The notes below the pieces were generated by a model. It was not told the origin of the DNA and made no database searches. It worked only from the letters and a program-made list of their open reading frames with translations. The translations under genes and the position numbers were made by a program. Below, piece by piece: positions 38,860-50,620 of a stretch of 64,000 nucleotides of DNA. The stretch is from Octopus sinensis (taxonomy: Eukaryota), in assembly GCF_006345805.1 (NCBI RefSeq), contig NC_043002.1, positions 46,934,001 to 46,998,000 of the forward strand. Direction: 5' to 3'. Position 1 is the first letter of the stretch, and each line of letters starts with the position of its first letter.

Positions 38860-39240
38860 ACATCATCATCATCATCATCATTTAACATCCGTTTTCCATA
38901 CTGGTACTGGTTAGATGGTTTGACTGGAGGTGGTAAGCTGAAGATCTGTACTGGCTTCAGTTTGTTCTGGCTCCATTTCTATGGCTGGATGCCCTTCCTA
39001 ATACCAACCACTCCACAGAGAGTATTAAGTGCTTTTTACATGTCTCCGACACTGGTGCCAATCATGCATCACCAGCACTGGCCATGGCTATGATTTCACT
39101 TAGCTTGATGTGTCTTCTCAACCACAACAGTTTACCAAAGGTCCCAGTCACTTGTCATTGCCTCTGTGAGACTCAACACCTGAAAATCACATTTTACCAC
39201 CTTGTCTCACACCTTCCTGGCTCTACTTCTTCTACAGGTT
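38860..39240 (-). mobile_element. Family D-related copy, decayed, tail-to-tail with the previous copy
   Basis: (cat)n tttaacatccgttttccat...tggctggatgcccttcctaataccaaccactcc. Confidence 0.75.
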
Positions 39241-39431
39241 CCTTCCACATGATCTAGCTGATTATGACAAATATGTGTTCAAAGAACTCTTGATTCCTGA
39301 GTACAAGCACTTGTGTCTCATCAGTTATATATATTTGTACCTGCCCGTTTGTGTTTATAGTTGTGTCTATGTATGTGTGTGTGTATATGTAGACATAAAA
39401 AAAACGTAAATGATAAATGTCGCCCTTTTCA

Positions 39432-39722
39432 AGCCTAGCCAGGCTCATGGGCCCATTTTCCTGGTTTCTGTGGCGTATGTGTTCCCCCCAGCTGAACAGG
39501 ATGCCAGTCCATTGCAGTGTTACTCAAGAAATAGGAAGAGAGAGTGAGAGAAAGTTGTGGTGAAAGAGTACAACAGGGGTCACCACCACACCCTGCCGGA
39601 GCCTCGTGGAGCTTTTAGGTGTTTTCGCTCAATAAACACACACAACGCCCGGTCTGGGAATCGAAACACAATCTCCCAACCATGAGTTCGCTACCGTAAC
39701 CACTGGGCCATTGCGCTCCACA
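39432..39722 (-). mobile_element. SINE family C variant
   Basis: ccggtctgggaatcgaaac...taaccactgggccattgcgctcca head; same variant as 58394. Confidence 0.8.
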
Positions 39723-39939
39723 TATATGTAGAAATACAGTAGTATAAATGTATATTTTTGCAACGCTGCAGCCAAAGAGTCTACTAACTGCATAAATGCA
39801 TATCTAATTTCCTTACACCATCCCCTACACTGTCCCACACATTAATTACCAATAGTCTCATACTGGTTGAATAAAAATATTTGCACTGATGAATGCATGA
39901 TGCACTGTTTTTGAAACATGATTTACCAAGAAACTGAGA

Positions 39940-39941
39940 CA

Positions 39942-39981
<40 letters not shown>

Positions 39982-40172
39982 AGGGAGAATTCACGAAAAA
40001 AACAAAAGACGAAGACAGGTGGTGTAGAAAGCAAACAGATGTATTAATGTAACGCTCGGGAATTGAAAAAGTCATTAACATTTTGAGCCTATGCTCTTCC
40101 ACAGAAAGGAACACAAAAAGAAACAAGGAGAGAAAAATATGTGTGTAGTGGCTACCGATCTATCATGGTGAA

Positions 40173-40175
<3 letters not shown>
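39940..40175 (-). mobile_element. Penelope-like pLTR relic with a decayed hammerhead-like box (40069-40108)
   Basis: Minus strand reads cttt-ctgtgga-a-gagc-atag-gctc-aaaa-tgtt-aatg. Confidence 0.45.
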
Positions 40176-40238
<63 letters not shown>

Positions 40239-40905
40239 TTATTTAGCATCTGTTTTCCATGCTGGCATGGGTAAGACAGGTTGATTGGAACTGGTAAGCT
40301 GGAGAACTGCACCAGACCCCAGTTAGTTTTGGTTTAATTTCTATGGCTGGATGCCCTTGCTAACCCCAACCAGGAAAAGTGTCTGGCTGTAGAAATTGTA
40401 TTTTAATAAAATTCCATCTGACCCATGCAAGCATGCAAAAGTGGATAAAACAATGATGATGATAATTACATTATAATCACATCTATGTTGATCTTTGAAT
40501 ACTTGTAACATCTAACATCAATAGTACCCTGACTATTCTGTTATTTTGACCAAACAATGATATCTATGGACTGATTTCAAATGATTTTTACAAAAATTAA
40601 ACTATTAATTCATATCTCTGTAGAGAATATTAAATTCAACCAAAATAATGAAAATGTAGAATAATAGATTAGATGAGTTTAATGGGGGAAATATATTCTC
40701 CAGTGGTCAATAAATCAATTTAGTTTTAACAAGCTCAATCAGCCACAATGAAAAATAACGTTATATATGATAAAAGTTTCTATTTTCACATCAAAAAATA
40801 ATGTATAAAAGGGGAAATATTACAGATTATGCAGCAGAACATTTTATGTACAAGGGTTGTGCAAATAAATACAAACATACATGCCTACAATATATATCAA
40901 ATAAG

Positions 40906-41120
40906 TTAATCCAAACATGAAAACACAAAGAGAAAACACAACAATGCAAGGAAGTGGAACAAGTATAGTGTTATTGGACGCTCAGGAAAGGAAAGAAAGA
41001 AGGAGGGTTTAATGTTTCGAGCAGAGCTCTTCATTAGAAACATAGGAAAAGGAAAGATCCAAGGAAGGGAAGACAGAGGAAAAAAAATTGCCAACGATAC
41101 ACACACGGTCACATAGGTAT
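40906..41120 (-). mobile_element. Penelope-like pLTR relic with a near-intact minimal hammerhead (41004-41046)
   Basis: Minus strand reads gttt-ctaatga-a-gag-ctctg-ctc-gaaac-att-aaac. Confidence 0.5.
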
Positions 41121-41641
41121 AGATGTGTCTATTCCCACTGCATGACACTGTAGAATTATGTCTTTTAGTATAGTATTGAGCTAACCAAAGCTTTATGAAT
41201 GGATTTGGTAGATGGAAACTGAAAAAAGCCATTCATGTATATGTATGTATGTATGTAAATATGTACATCTGTCCATTTTTATTGTAGTTCATCATTTAAT
41301 GTTCACTTTTCCATGCTTGCAGAGGTCAAATGAATTTGTTTGGGCAAATTTTCTATAGGTGGATTCCCTTCCTGTTTCCATACAAAGTAATACCTCTTTG
41401 TAGCAAGATATGTTTTTCACAGAAATCCGGAAACAAATAACCATGCCTAGGCAAGGGTAAACACAAACACTCACATACATACATACATACTTACATACAT
41501 CTTAGCTGCAAAGCCATTGCTAGAAAGAAAAATTGAAATGAGCTAATGTTGGTGCAATGTGAGGCCTCCTGAGCCTGGTGAAAGTTTTGCACATTCTATT
41601 ACATAATGCACAGCTGTACTTGCTGACAGAAGAAACAAGTG

Positions 41642-41830
41642 TCAAGTATGAATTCTTTTGACATGCCTTTTCAATCCTCTAACTGAGGGGCACACCTTTC
41701 GACATGTTGCACAGGTTTTGTTGTGGACAATAGCCATATCACATATTACCATGGGTTGATTCCTGTGAGTTTTCTGATGGTTGACCAAGCCAGCATGACT
41801 CAAGCACCTCCGCCCACAAACCAAATGCAT
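41642..41830 (-). mobile_element. Two C2H2-type zinc-finger motifs, most likely the C-terminus of an RTE LINE ORF
   Basis: xLVCGRRCLSHAGLVNHQKTH...CATCRKVCPSVRGLKRHVKRIH*; upstream sequence replaced by (ATGT)n. Confidence 0.5.
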
Positions 41831-41985
41831 ACATACATACATACATACATACATACATACATACATACATACATACATACATACATACATACACACATAC
41901 ATACACACACATACATACACACACATACATGCACACACACACACACATACATACATACATACATACATACATACATGTATATTGT
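41825..41985. repeat. (ACAT)n/(AC)n compound microsatellite
   Basis: Direct reading; a complementary (ATGT)n tract follows at 42218-42342. Confidence 0.95.
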
Positions 41986-42345
41986 TATATTTGGGGATGG
42001 TCATTTTTTTTTTGCCAATTTATCACACGCCAATTAATCACATGCCAATTAATCATTCTTCACTTCAGTTTTATTATTATTCTTATTTGAATGTCTATTG
42101 TGTGAAATCTTTTGTCACACATCCTGTGACCTCTTCAGTGACACTCCATCCCATGTGTCTCTTCCTGTTCTGTTCTGAATCTTGCAAAACAAATACAGAA
42201 AGGTATATGTTACTCTGGTGTATGTATGTATGTATGTATGTATGTATGTATGTATGTATTATGTATGTATTATGTATGTATGTGTGTATGTATGAGTGTG
42301 TGTGTGTGTGTGTGTGTTTGTGTGTGTGTATGTATGTATGTATCA

Positions 42346-42431
42346 TTTAGTTAAAAATGGAGGAGACAAATTGTTAAAATACATAAGAAGTTATATATTT
42401 TAACAACTTGTCTCCTCCATTTTTAACTAAA
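42346..42431. repeat. 86-nt near-perfect hairpin (36-bp arms, 14-nt loop)
   Basis: tttagttaaaaatggaggagacaaattgttaaaata / tattttaacaacttgtctcctccatttttaactaaa, one mismatch. Confidence 0.9.
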
Positions 42432-42599
42432 ATATGAGTACATAAACTCACCATGTATTACATACAAGTACTACTTTCATATCTTCACAAATTTACTCCT
42501 GTAAACTCCCAGCAAAGTATGAAGAATCAATATTAGAAGTCTTTTTTGGAAAACCCCAAATTAAAGGACAAATCCACATTCAACCTTTATACACCTGTA

Positions 42600-42645
<46 letters not shown>

Positions 42646-42647
<2 letters not shown>

Positions 42648-43113
42648 AAATAAGAAAATGGAGAAATACATCGAAATCAAATATCAATTACCAGATAATA
42701 CTCAATCACATACTTTATTAAACCACCACATAAGAAACTATAAGGTTAAACATAATGATGCAGAACAAAACAGTGTACATAAAGGAGTGTACATAAAAGA
42801 GTAATGTTATACAATAAGTAGAATATGTATAAGAGAATGTAAATATAAGTACATATAAATATAAATATAGACTGGCCGAAACAGCTGTAAGATGTATTAT
42901 GAATTTGTGGTAAATCACTTTACCTTTGCCCATATAATACAGTAAATGAAATAATTGCATCGCAATTCTTAACATTTATGTATTAACTTTGTTGGGTACT
43001 TCACTGGCAGTATATTGGATATATGTTATCCCATGGAGGGTTGCATTTACAACCCCTATCTCAATTTGTATATATATATTGGCTAAACTGGCAAAATGAC
43101 CATTCCGAAATAT

Positions 43114-43161
<48 letters not shown>

Positions 43162-43915
43162 CTCCAAGAAAGTTAGGGGTTGTGGGTCCAACCCACTAAG
43201 GGATAATGTCCATCTAATATACTGTTGGTATAATACCCAATTATTAATACACAAGTGTTTTTTATTGCATTCTTATTTTATATGCATAGAATAATATGCT
43301 ATATGTATGTACGTTATTATAATCATCATTTTAATAAGTTAACATTTTAATGTCCTAAAGTTGATGAACCAACTATTGTGCTTCTCATTAAATGATGATG
43401 ATGATGATGATGATATATATATATATATTATATATATATATATATATATACAAAATAAGAAAATGGAGAAATACATCGAAATCAATATCAATTACCAGAT
43501 AATACTCAATCACATACTTTATTAAACCACCACATAAGAAACTATAAGGTTAAACATAATGATGCAGAACAAAACAGTGTACATAAAGGAGTGTACATAA
43601 AAGAGTAATGTTATACAATAAGTAGAATATGTATAAGAGAATGTAAATATAAGTACATATAAATATAAATATAGACTGGCCGAAACAGCTGTAAGATGTA
43701 TTATGAATTTGTGGTAAATCACTTTACCTTTGCCCATATAATACAGTAAATGAAATAATTGCATCGCAATTCTTAACATTTATGTATTAACTTTGTTGGG
43801 TACTTCACTGGCAGTATATTGGATATATGTTATCCCATGGAGGGTTGCATTTACAACCCCTATCTCAATTTGTATATATATTGGCTAAACTGGCAAAATG
43901 ACCATTCCGAAATAT

Positions 43916-43951
<36 letters not shown>

Positions 43952-44206
43952 CTCCAAGAAAGTTAGGGGTTGTGGGTCCAACCCACTAAGGGATAATGTC
44001 CATCTAATATACTGTTGGTATAATACCCAATTATTAATACACAAGTGTTTTTTATTGCATTCTTATTTTATATGCATAGAATAATATGCTATATGTATGT
44101 ACGTTATTATAATCATCATTTTAATAAGTTAACATTTTAATGTCCTAAAGTTGATGAACCAACTATTGTGCTTCTCATTAAATGATGATGATGATGATGA
44201 TGATAT

Positions 44207-44235
<29 letters not shown>
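42646..44235 (+). repeat. Near-identical tandem duplication of about 800 bp
   Basis: Units start with caaaataagaaaatgg at 42646 and 43451 and differ only in (TA)n lengths and one 1-nt indel. Confidence 0.92.
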
Positions 44236-44243
<8 letters not shown>

Positions 44244-44323
44244 GAGTAAGCACATAAATGTGAAACATCGTGGAAAAAGTAGTACTTGAATACTGGAAGT
44301 AGAGTAATATGCTTTATTAATAA

Positions 44324-44491
44324 AGCTACAAAGACATCACAAAAACTGTTACTCAGAGTTTCATGTTCCTGTTTGTTGGACAATTTTGGTTGAGAACAGA
44401 ACAAAAAAAAAATTTCCATTCTCAACCAAAGCTGTCTGACAAATGGAAACACGAAACCCTGAATAAAAGTTTTTGTGATGTCTGTGCAGCT
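44324..44491. repeat. Foldback of inverted Penelope-like pLTRs, each arm a decayed hammerhead
   Basis: Arms of 73 bp, about 80% complementary; right arm reads ctgt-ctgacaa-atggaaacac-gaaac-cctga-ata-aaag. Confidence 0.75.
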
Positions 44492-45959
44492 CAATTAAAT
44501 AAATGATTAATAATTATATAATTATATATATATAATTAACACAGAAAAAGGACCCTTCATCAGTTGTTAGCTGTCTATCTACTCTTCATTTTGAGCATTC
44601 AAGTGACAGTGTGAGTCTTCAAAGACAGTAGCTCCCATAAATTCTAAAATAAAATTTAGGCTTTATGGAGGATCAAAGTTGGGAACAAAAAAAAAACATA
44701 ACAGTGGAGACATACAAGGAAACTGAATGAAAACAGACATGGGGAGTTGTTAGACTGGAACAAAAGGAGAATAGTGAATGCTGGCAGAGACATTTTTTTG
44801 AAAAGAGAAAAGATAAAAGAGAGAGCGAAAAAACAGTCCAGTCATTTAGACGTCTAAGCAGGAAAAGAAAGATGGTCATGTGAGGAAAAGAAGGATAGAC
44901 AATGGTCATGTGTGAGCAATGAGAGAGAGAGACAGAGACAGACAGACAGATAGAAAACGGTGAAGGAGGGAGAGGGATATATATATATGTAGTGACAGAG
45001 AGAGAGAGAATGTTGATAATATAGTAAGTTACACAGATTTAGATGCACTTATATTTTTTAATGCATTGATTCAAATCATACTAACCATTCACCTTAACCA
45101 TGGATCTTTTGTCTTATGGTTAGCCCTAAAACATATGAAAACCCCAGTTCCCAATTAGTACATATTTCAGTAACTGCAAAAGAATAAGAAACAGTTCAAA
45201 CCTCAACAAGATCTGAACAGTGACTTACCAGACTAATTATATTAAAACATTTAGTCGTAGTAGTTGCTGTTGTTTTCTCCAAGTCGTCCCTGATTGAGCA
45301 GATATAAAAGCAAAGACATTTTAATGATGCTATGGCTTCAGACTTAGTATACCTTGATAACACTATCCAGTGTGTCCTTTTTTTTCAGATGGTAGGGTGT
45401 ATTTTAAAGGAGAATTAGCTGCTAATTCTAAAGATTCAAGCAACCATATAGAAACTCACCCCTTGGCTTGTAAAACATTTAGTTTTGTGCCCAGCTATTG
45501 ATTATTTTTTAAAGCTTAGGCACAGGGCCAGTTCTATTGAATGAACTCCAATATATTATAAATACCTTTTTTTTGACAAAACCTGAAGAGGAAAGCCAAA
45601 TTAATTTGGCAAGGTTTTAATTCAGAACTTTAAAAAATATAATAATCCAGTACTGTATACAAAGGGCATATAATTCATTTGGAACATCTGTGCAAAAATA
45701 ATCTATTCAAATTTTTCCTAGCGAAATTTAAAGATTAACAAATCTGGTCAGTAAAGAAGTTGTTTATTAAAGATTGGATGTAGTTGGTGGAAAATATGGT
45801 CTTGTACTTCTTGTGGCATGGTGTCTTATATTTCGTTTTTTTTTTTTTTCAGTGACCTTCGCATTGTTAGTCTAGGCAAGTGTCTTCTACTGTAATCCCT
45901 GACCAACCAATACCATTTGAGTGAACTTGGTAGATGGAAACTATGCAGGCTTATTGTAT

Positions 45960-46385
45960 ATCATCATCATCATCGTTTAATCTCCACTTTCCATGCTAGC
46001 ATGGGTTGGACGATTTGACTGAGGACTGGTGAACCAGATGGCTGCACCAGGCTCCAATCTGATCTGGCAAAGTTTCTACAGCTGGATGCCCTTCCTAATG
46101 CCAACCACTTCGAGAGTGTAGTGGGTGCTTTTACGTGCCACCGGCATGAGGGCAAGTCAGGCGGTACTGGCAATTGCCACACTCAAGTGGTGTTTTTTAT
46201 GTGCCACCTGCACAGGAGCCAGTCCAGTGGAACTGGCAATGACCTCACTCAAATGTTTTTTACGTGCCACCAGTACAAGTGCAAGTAAGGCAACGCTGGT
46301 AACAATCACGTTTGAATGGTGCTTTTTATGTGCTACTGGCATGGAAGCCAGTTAGCTGCTCTGACAGTGATCATGCTTAGATGGT
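45960..46385 (-). mobile_element. Family D copy with about 4-5 decayed VNTR units
   Basis: (cat)n cgtttaatctccac...ggatgcccttcctaatgccaacc followed by tttttacgtgccacc units. Confidence 0.8.
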
Positions 46386-46406
46386 GCTAGTCATCGAATT
46401 GTGCTT

Positions 46407-47280
46407 TAGGGTGCAATGAATAAACTGTCACCTAAATTATGCAAAAGTGAAACACTGACATCTCATTTTAACAGATATATTTACCGAAATTGCATTAAAA
46501 TATCTCCAAATAAATACTAAAGAGTAAATTTATTCAATAAGATTGCCATTTGTTTCAACCACAGCCTCCAGACGACTTTGGAATCTCTTGCAACTTTTCT
46601 GAAAGGTCTCCTTCTTTAAGTTGGTGAATGCTGCCATAATCCTTGCCTTTAGTTCCTCTTTGGTTTTACAAAGAATTTTATTGGTCTCTCACTCAACTGT
46701 GCCCCACACATAATAATCAAGGGGATTGCAGTCTGGAGAGTTAGCTGGCCAGATGTTAGGAATAGTGTGATTTCAGAAATTGTCTGACAGCCATGACTGG
46801 GTTCTCCTGCTTGTGTGGTATGGTGCAGAGTCCTGTTACCAGACAGGGTCTTCTAGCTGCCTCTCTCTTGACCCAGGGCAGCACTACCTCCTCCAGGCAC
46901 TTGATGTAGGCCTCCATGTTGAGTCTGAGGCTATGTGGGAAGATGAATGGAGGTATAACATCACCATCACTAGTGATCACTCCAAACACCATGATGTTGA
47001 CTGGATGTTTGATTTTTATCACTCTTGGTACATGTTTTGGAGATATGGCAAGTCTTCGGATTGACACCCAAACACTCTCAATTGTTCATATTGAAGCGTC
47101 TGGCATAAATACCAAGCAGTACAGCATGTCGTTTCCAAATTTCTGGCAGAGTGAATTGCATCATGGTGCTGTTTTTCTCACAGACGGTGCCCAGCTGACC
47201 CTACCATGTTGTGTAGTCGACAAAATCCAAAACAAACAATGCGCATTCATGAAATTAAAAATATAACAATTTACCCATTG

Positions 47281-47287
<7 letters not shown>
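46407..47287 (-). mobile_element. maT (DD37D)-type transposon, internally deleted
   Basis: Inverted ends tagggtgcaatgaataaactgt / acaatttacccattgtacccta; KHPVNIMVFGVITSDGDVIPPFIFPHSLRLNMEAYIKCLEEVVLPW. Confidence 0.85.
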
Positions 47288-47324
<37 letters not shown>

Positions 47325-48045
47325 GTGTGTGTGTATACACATATGTATATGCATCTAGGCATACATTCAAGTGGTTGGTGTTAGTAAGGGCATCCAGCCA
47401 TAGGAACCAAGACAAATCAGACTTGAACCTGGTGCAACTCTCCAGCTTGCTAGCAATAGGTCAAACAGTCCAACCCATGCCAGCATGGAAAACAGACATT
47501 AAAGAATGATGATGATGATGATGATGATGACGACAATGAGGAAAGATATATATATTAATGTGTGTGGTGGAGGGGTATGTATTTGTGTTGGTTTCCCCCA
47601 AACCATGACAACCAGTGTTAGTTTGCTTACGTCCCTTAATTTAGTTTCAAAAGAAATCAATAGAATACAAACCAGACTTAAAAGAAGAAATAAGTATTGA
47701 ATTTGATTTATTTGACTTAACAGTTCAAGGTGAGGCCCCAACATGGCTGCAGTTCAATGACTGAAACAAGTAAACGATAAAGATACTTCCAGTGCCAGTT
47801 CTGTAAGAGTCTCAGGATTCCTGGTTGTTTGTTGATAGACATTTTTGCATTGCTATACCTATCGTGTGATTTGTTGATGATGAGCCAATGGAGCTGCCTT
47901 TACTGAGGTATGCTTTTCACATTGATTGAGTTGCCATTTTAACAGCTGAGCATATTGAGCTAGGTTGTGGGATTAACTCAAACACAGAGTGAGGGCTGGT
48001 TTTTGACATCTGGAGTAATACCAGTTGCATATAGTTTTTAATCAA

Positions 48046-48242
48046 TACAATGAAGTGCTGAAAAGTTCCTAGGAGGATCAGTTAATTATGATTTTACTCA
48101 ATATATTCTCCTCTCAGATTCACACACTTATTGCAATGGCCTTTCAGTTTTTCTAAGCCCTGTAAAAAACTTGGAAGCTAGGACCTCCAGCCAAACCTTT
48201 TATGATACCCTTAAAGCCAGGAACTTTTCAGTGTCCCCTCAT
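48046..48242. mobile_element. mariner-derived MITE
   Basis: gtgctgaaaagttcct / aggaacttttcagtgt inverted ends. Confidence 0.65.
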
Positions 48243-48858
48243 CTGATTAGAGAACCTAACACTACATTTTATAGAGAATTAGAGATGCACTTGAGTATCA
48301 ATTTCTAAGGCTACTATAGAATAAATGAAGGAAATACAGTTTTTACCAGATTATTAAAATTTTTGGTAAAAGATTAAATACAATTTCTGTCTGTTTAGTA
48401 AGTTAAGTTTTATGAAAACAAATGTACAGTGTAAGAGGTTGAAAAAACTGATGTCATTTCTTTTCTAATCCCGCAGAAGAGGCTAAGTGGGGAGTGAACA
48501 GTCCTGCTCTTAGAAAAGACAGGATCAAAAGGTTAACTTCTGAGTTGTATCTATAAAATGAAGCACAGAGTTGTTTGGAGCTGAAGACTGTTAGCGGTCA
48601 GGATGCCCTGAACCACCCTGAGTAACAGACAGTCTGCAATATATTTTTTCTCATTAGATAATCTTATGTATCATTATAGGTTTTCTCCTGGAGCAGCTCT
48701 GATAGCTTAGCTTGAAAATATATTTACTTAAATCAATATAAAAGAATGAGAGAGCTGGCATTTAATTAATGATACAGAACCAAAATGCACATGGCTTTTA
48801 ATAGAGAGAAAATAGGAAGTTGTGATATTTTTGTTGTTACTGAATATGTTTGTTACAT

Positions 48859-48879
48859 AGTAGTAGTAGTAGTAGTAGC

Positions 48880-48917
<38 letters not shown>

Positions 48918-49050
48918 CAGCAGCAGCAGTAGTAGTAGTAGTAGTAGTAGCAGCAGCAGCAGCAACAGTGGTGGTGGTGGTGGTGGTTGTCACTTGTCTT
49001 TCAAACTGATGTATGTATGTATGTATGTATGTATGTATGTATGCATGTAT
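48859..49050. repeat. Compound (TAG)n/(CAG)n/(TGG)n trinucleotide tract plus (ATGT)n
   Basis: Direct reading; source of the spurious poly-Ser, poly-Val and poly-Thr ORFs. Confidence 0.95.
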
Positions 49051-49981
49051 GTATGTATGCATGTGTATAGGTGTGTGCGTGTGCTTGTGTACTTGCAGGC
49101 AAGCGATTATGATACTGCTCAAGAAGAATACTACTCTATGAAAAATATCCTTCTTGTAAATACGTTATACATCTAATGAACAATACTCAGCTTATTCTTC
49201 TGCTTGTAATATGTATTCATGAGCCATGTTTCATAATATCCCAATCACTACACATACTTCAAAAGACCTATGTTTTGTATACAAAAACAAAGCCCTTTTA
49301 TTTTATTTTTTTTTTTTGTTAAGAGAGATGACAGACTACTGGTCTTATTTCACATTGTTTTTACTCTACCAACAATTCTTTTACAAAAACCCTATGCAGC
49401 ACTTATTCAGATAGTACAACTTATCAACTGCATCTAGCAAATCATCTATATAGTCTATAGTTTGTAGCTCATGTTACCAGTTTCTGTTGTTGAGTATCAT
49501 ATAGTATTAAATAAATTAAGCTAGATCGTTTTTCAGATAATAAGCAACCTCTTCAAAATGGCTCCTGAGTTCTTAATATCACTTGGTAATCGTTACTGCT
49601 TTACTTTTTACTATGTTGATACTGAAACCTGTAATACTAGCCCAGTTTAAGCTTCTTTCACAGTTCTTCAATTTTTACAATCATCATTGTTATCATTTAA
49701 TGTCCATGTTCTATGCTGGCATGGGTTGGATGGTTTGATAAGATCTGATGGGTCCAAGGACTGCATCAAGCTCCAGTGTCTGCTTTGGCATGATTTCTAA
49801 GGCTGGACATTCAATGTCCTTCCTGATACCAATTACTTTACAGTATATACTCGGTGCTTTTCTCATACCACCAGCACTAGTGAGGTTGCCATGCAACTTG
49901 CAAGCTTACAAAGGTAAAGTTACCTTTGCAACTTATGCTGACTCACAAAGCTAGTCGTAGGAGTGGCTGTTTGAACTAGTT

Positions 49982-50410
49982 GTAGGAGTGGCTGTGTGGT
50001 AAGTAGCTTGCTTACCAACCACATGGGTCTGGGTTCAGTCCTACTGCATGGCACCTTGGCCAAGTGTCTTCTACTATAGCCTCAGGCTGACCAAAGCCTT
50101 GTGAGTGGATTTGGTAGACGGAAACTGAAAGAATCTCATCATATATATATATACATACATACATATATATATATATATGTATGTATGTGTGTATATGTTT
50201 ATGTGTCTGTGTTTGTCCCCCCAACATCGCTTGACAACCGATGCTGGTGTGTTTACGTCCCCGTAAACGGTTTGGCAAAAGAGCTCGATAGAATAAGTAC
50301 TAGGCTTACAAAGAATATGTCCTGGGGTCGATTTGCTTGACTAAAAGTGGTGCTCCAGTATGGCCACAGTCAAATGACTGAAACAAGTAAAAGAGTAAGA
50401 GAGTAAAAGA
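49982..50410 (+). mobile_element. SINE family A, full length
   Basis: Colinear with 10918-11350; head partly duplicated at 49951-49970. Confidence 0.88.
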
Positions 50411-50411
50411 G

Positions 50412-50620
50412 CTGATTTCCCAGTTTCATGGCATATATATTCACCACCTGGATGGGATGCTGGTCCATTGCAAGACTATTCATTTTTGTCAGCTGAGTGG
50501 ACTGGAGTAACATGAAATGAAGTGTTTTGCTCAAGAACACAATACATCACCCAGTCCAGGAATCAAAACCACAATCTTATGATCATGAGTCCAACACCCT
50601 AACCACTAAGCCATGCACCC
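50412..50620 (-). mobile_element. SINE family C
   Basis: gagtggactggagtaacatgaaatgaagtgttttgctcaagaacac...taaccactaagccatg. Confidence 0.75.

Noticed and set aside
48785-49176. Poly-Ser, poly-Val and poly-Thr ORFs; possible exon ASDYDTAQEEYYSMKNILL (49099-49155)
   Set aside because: The ORFs are trinucleotide microsatellite. The 57-nt exon has only a modest donor and no recognisable homology or partner exons.
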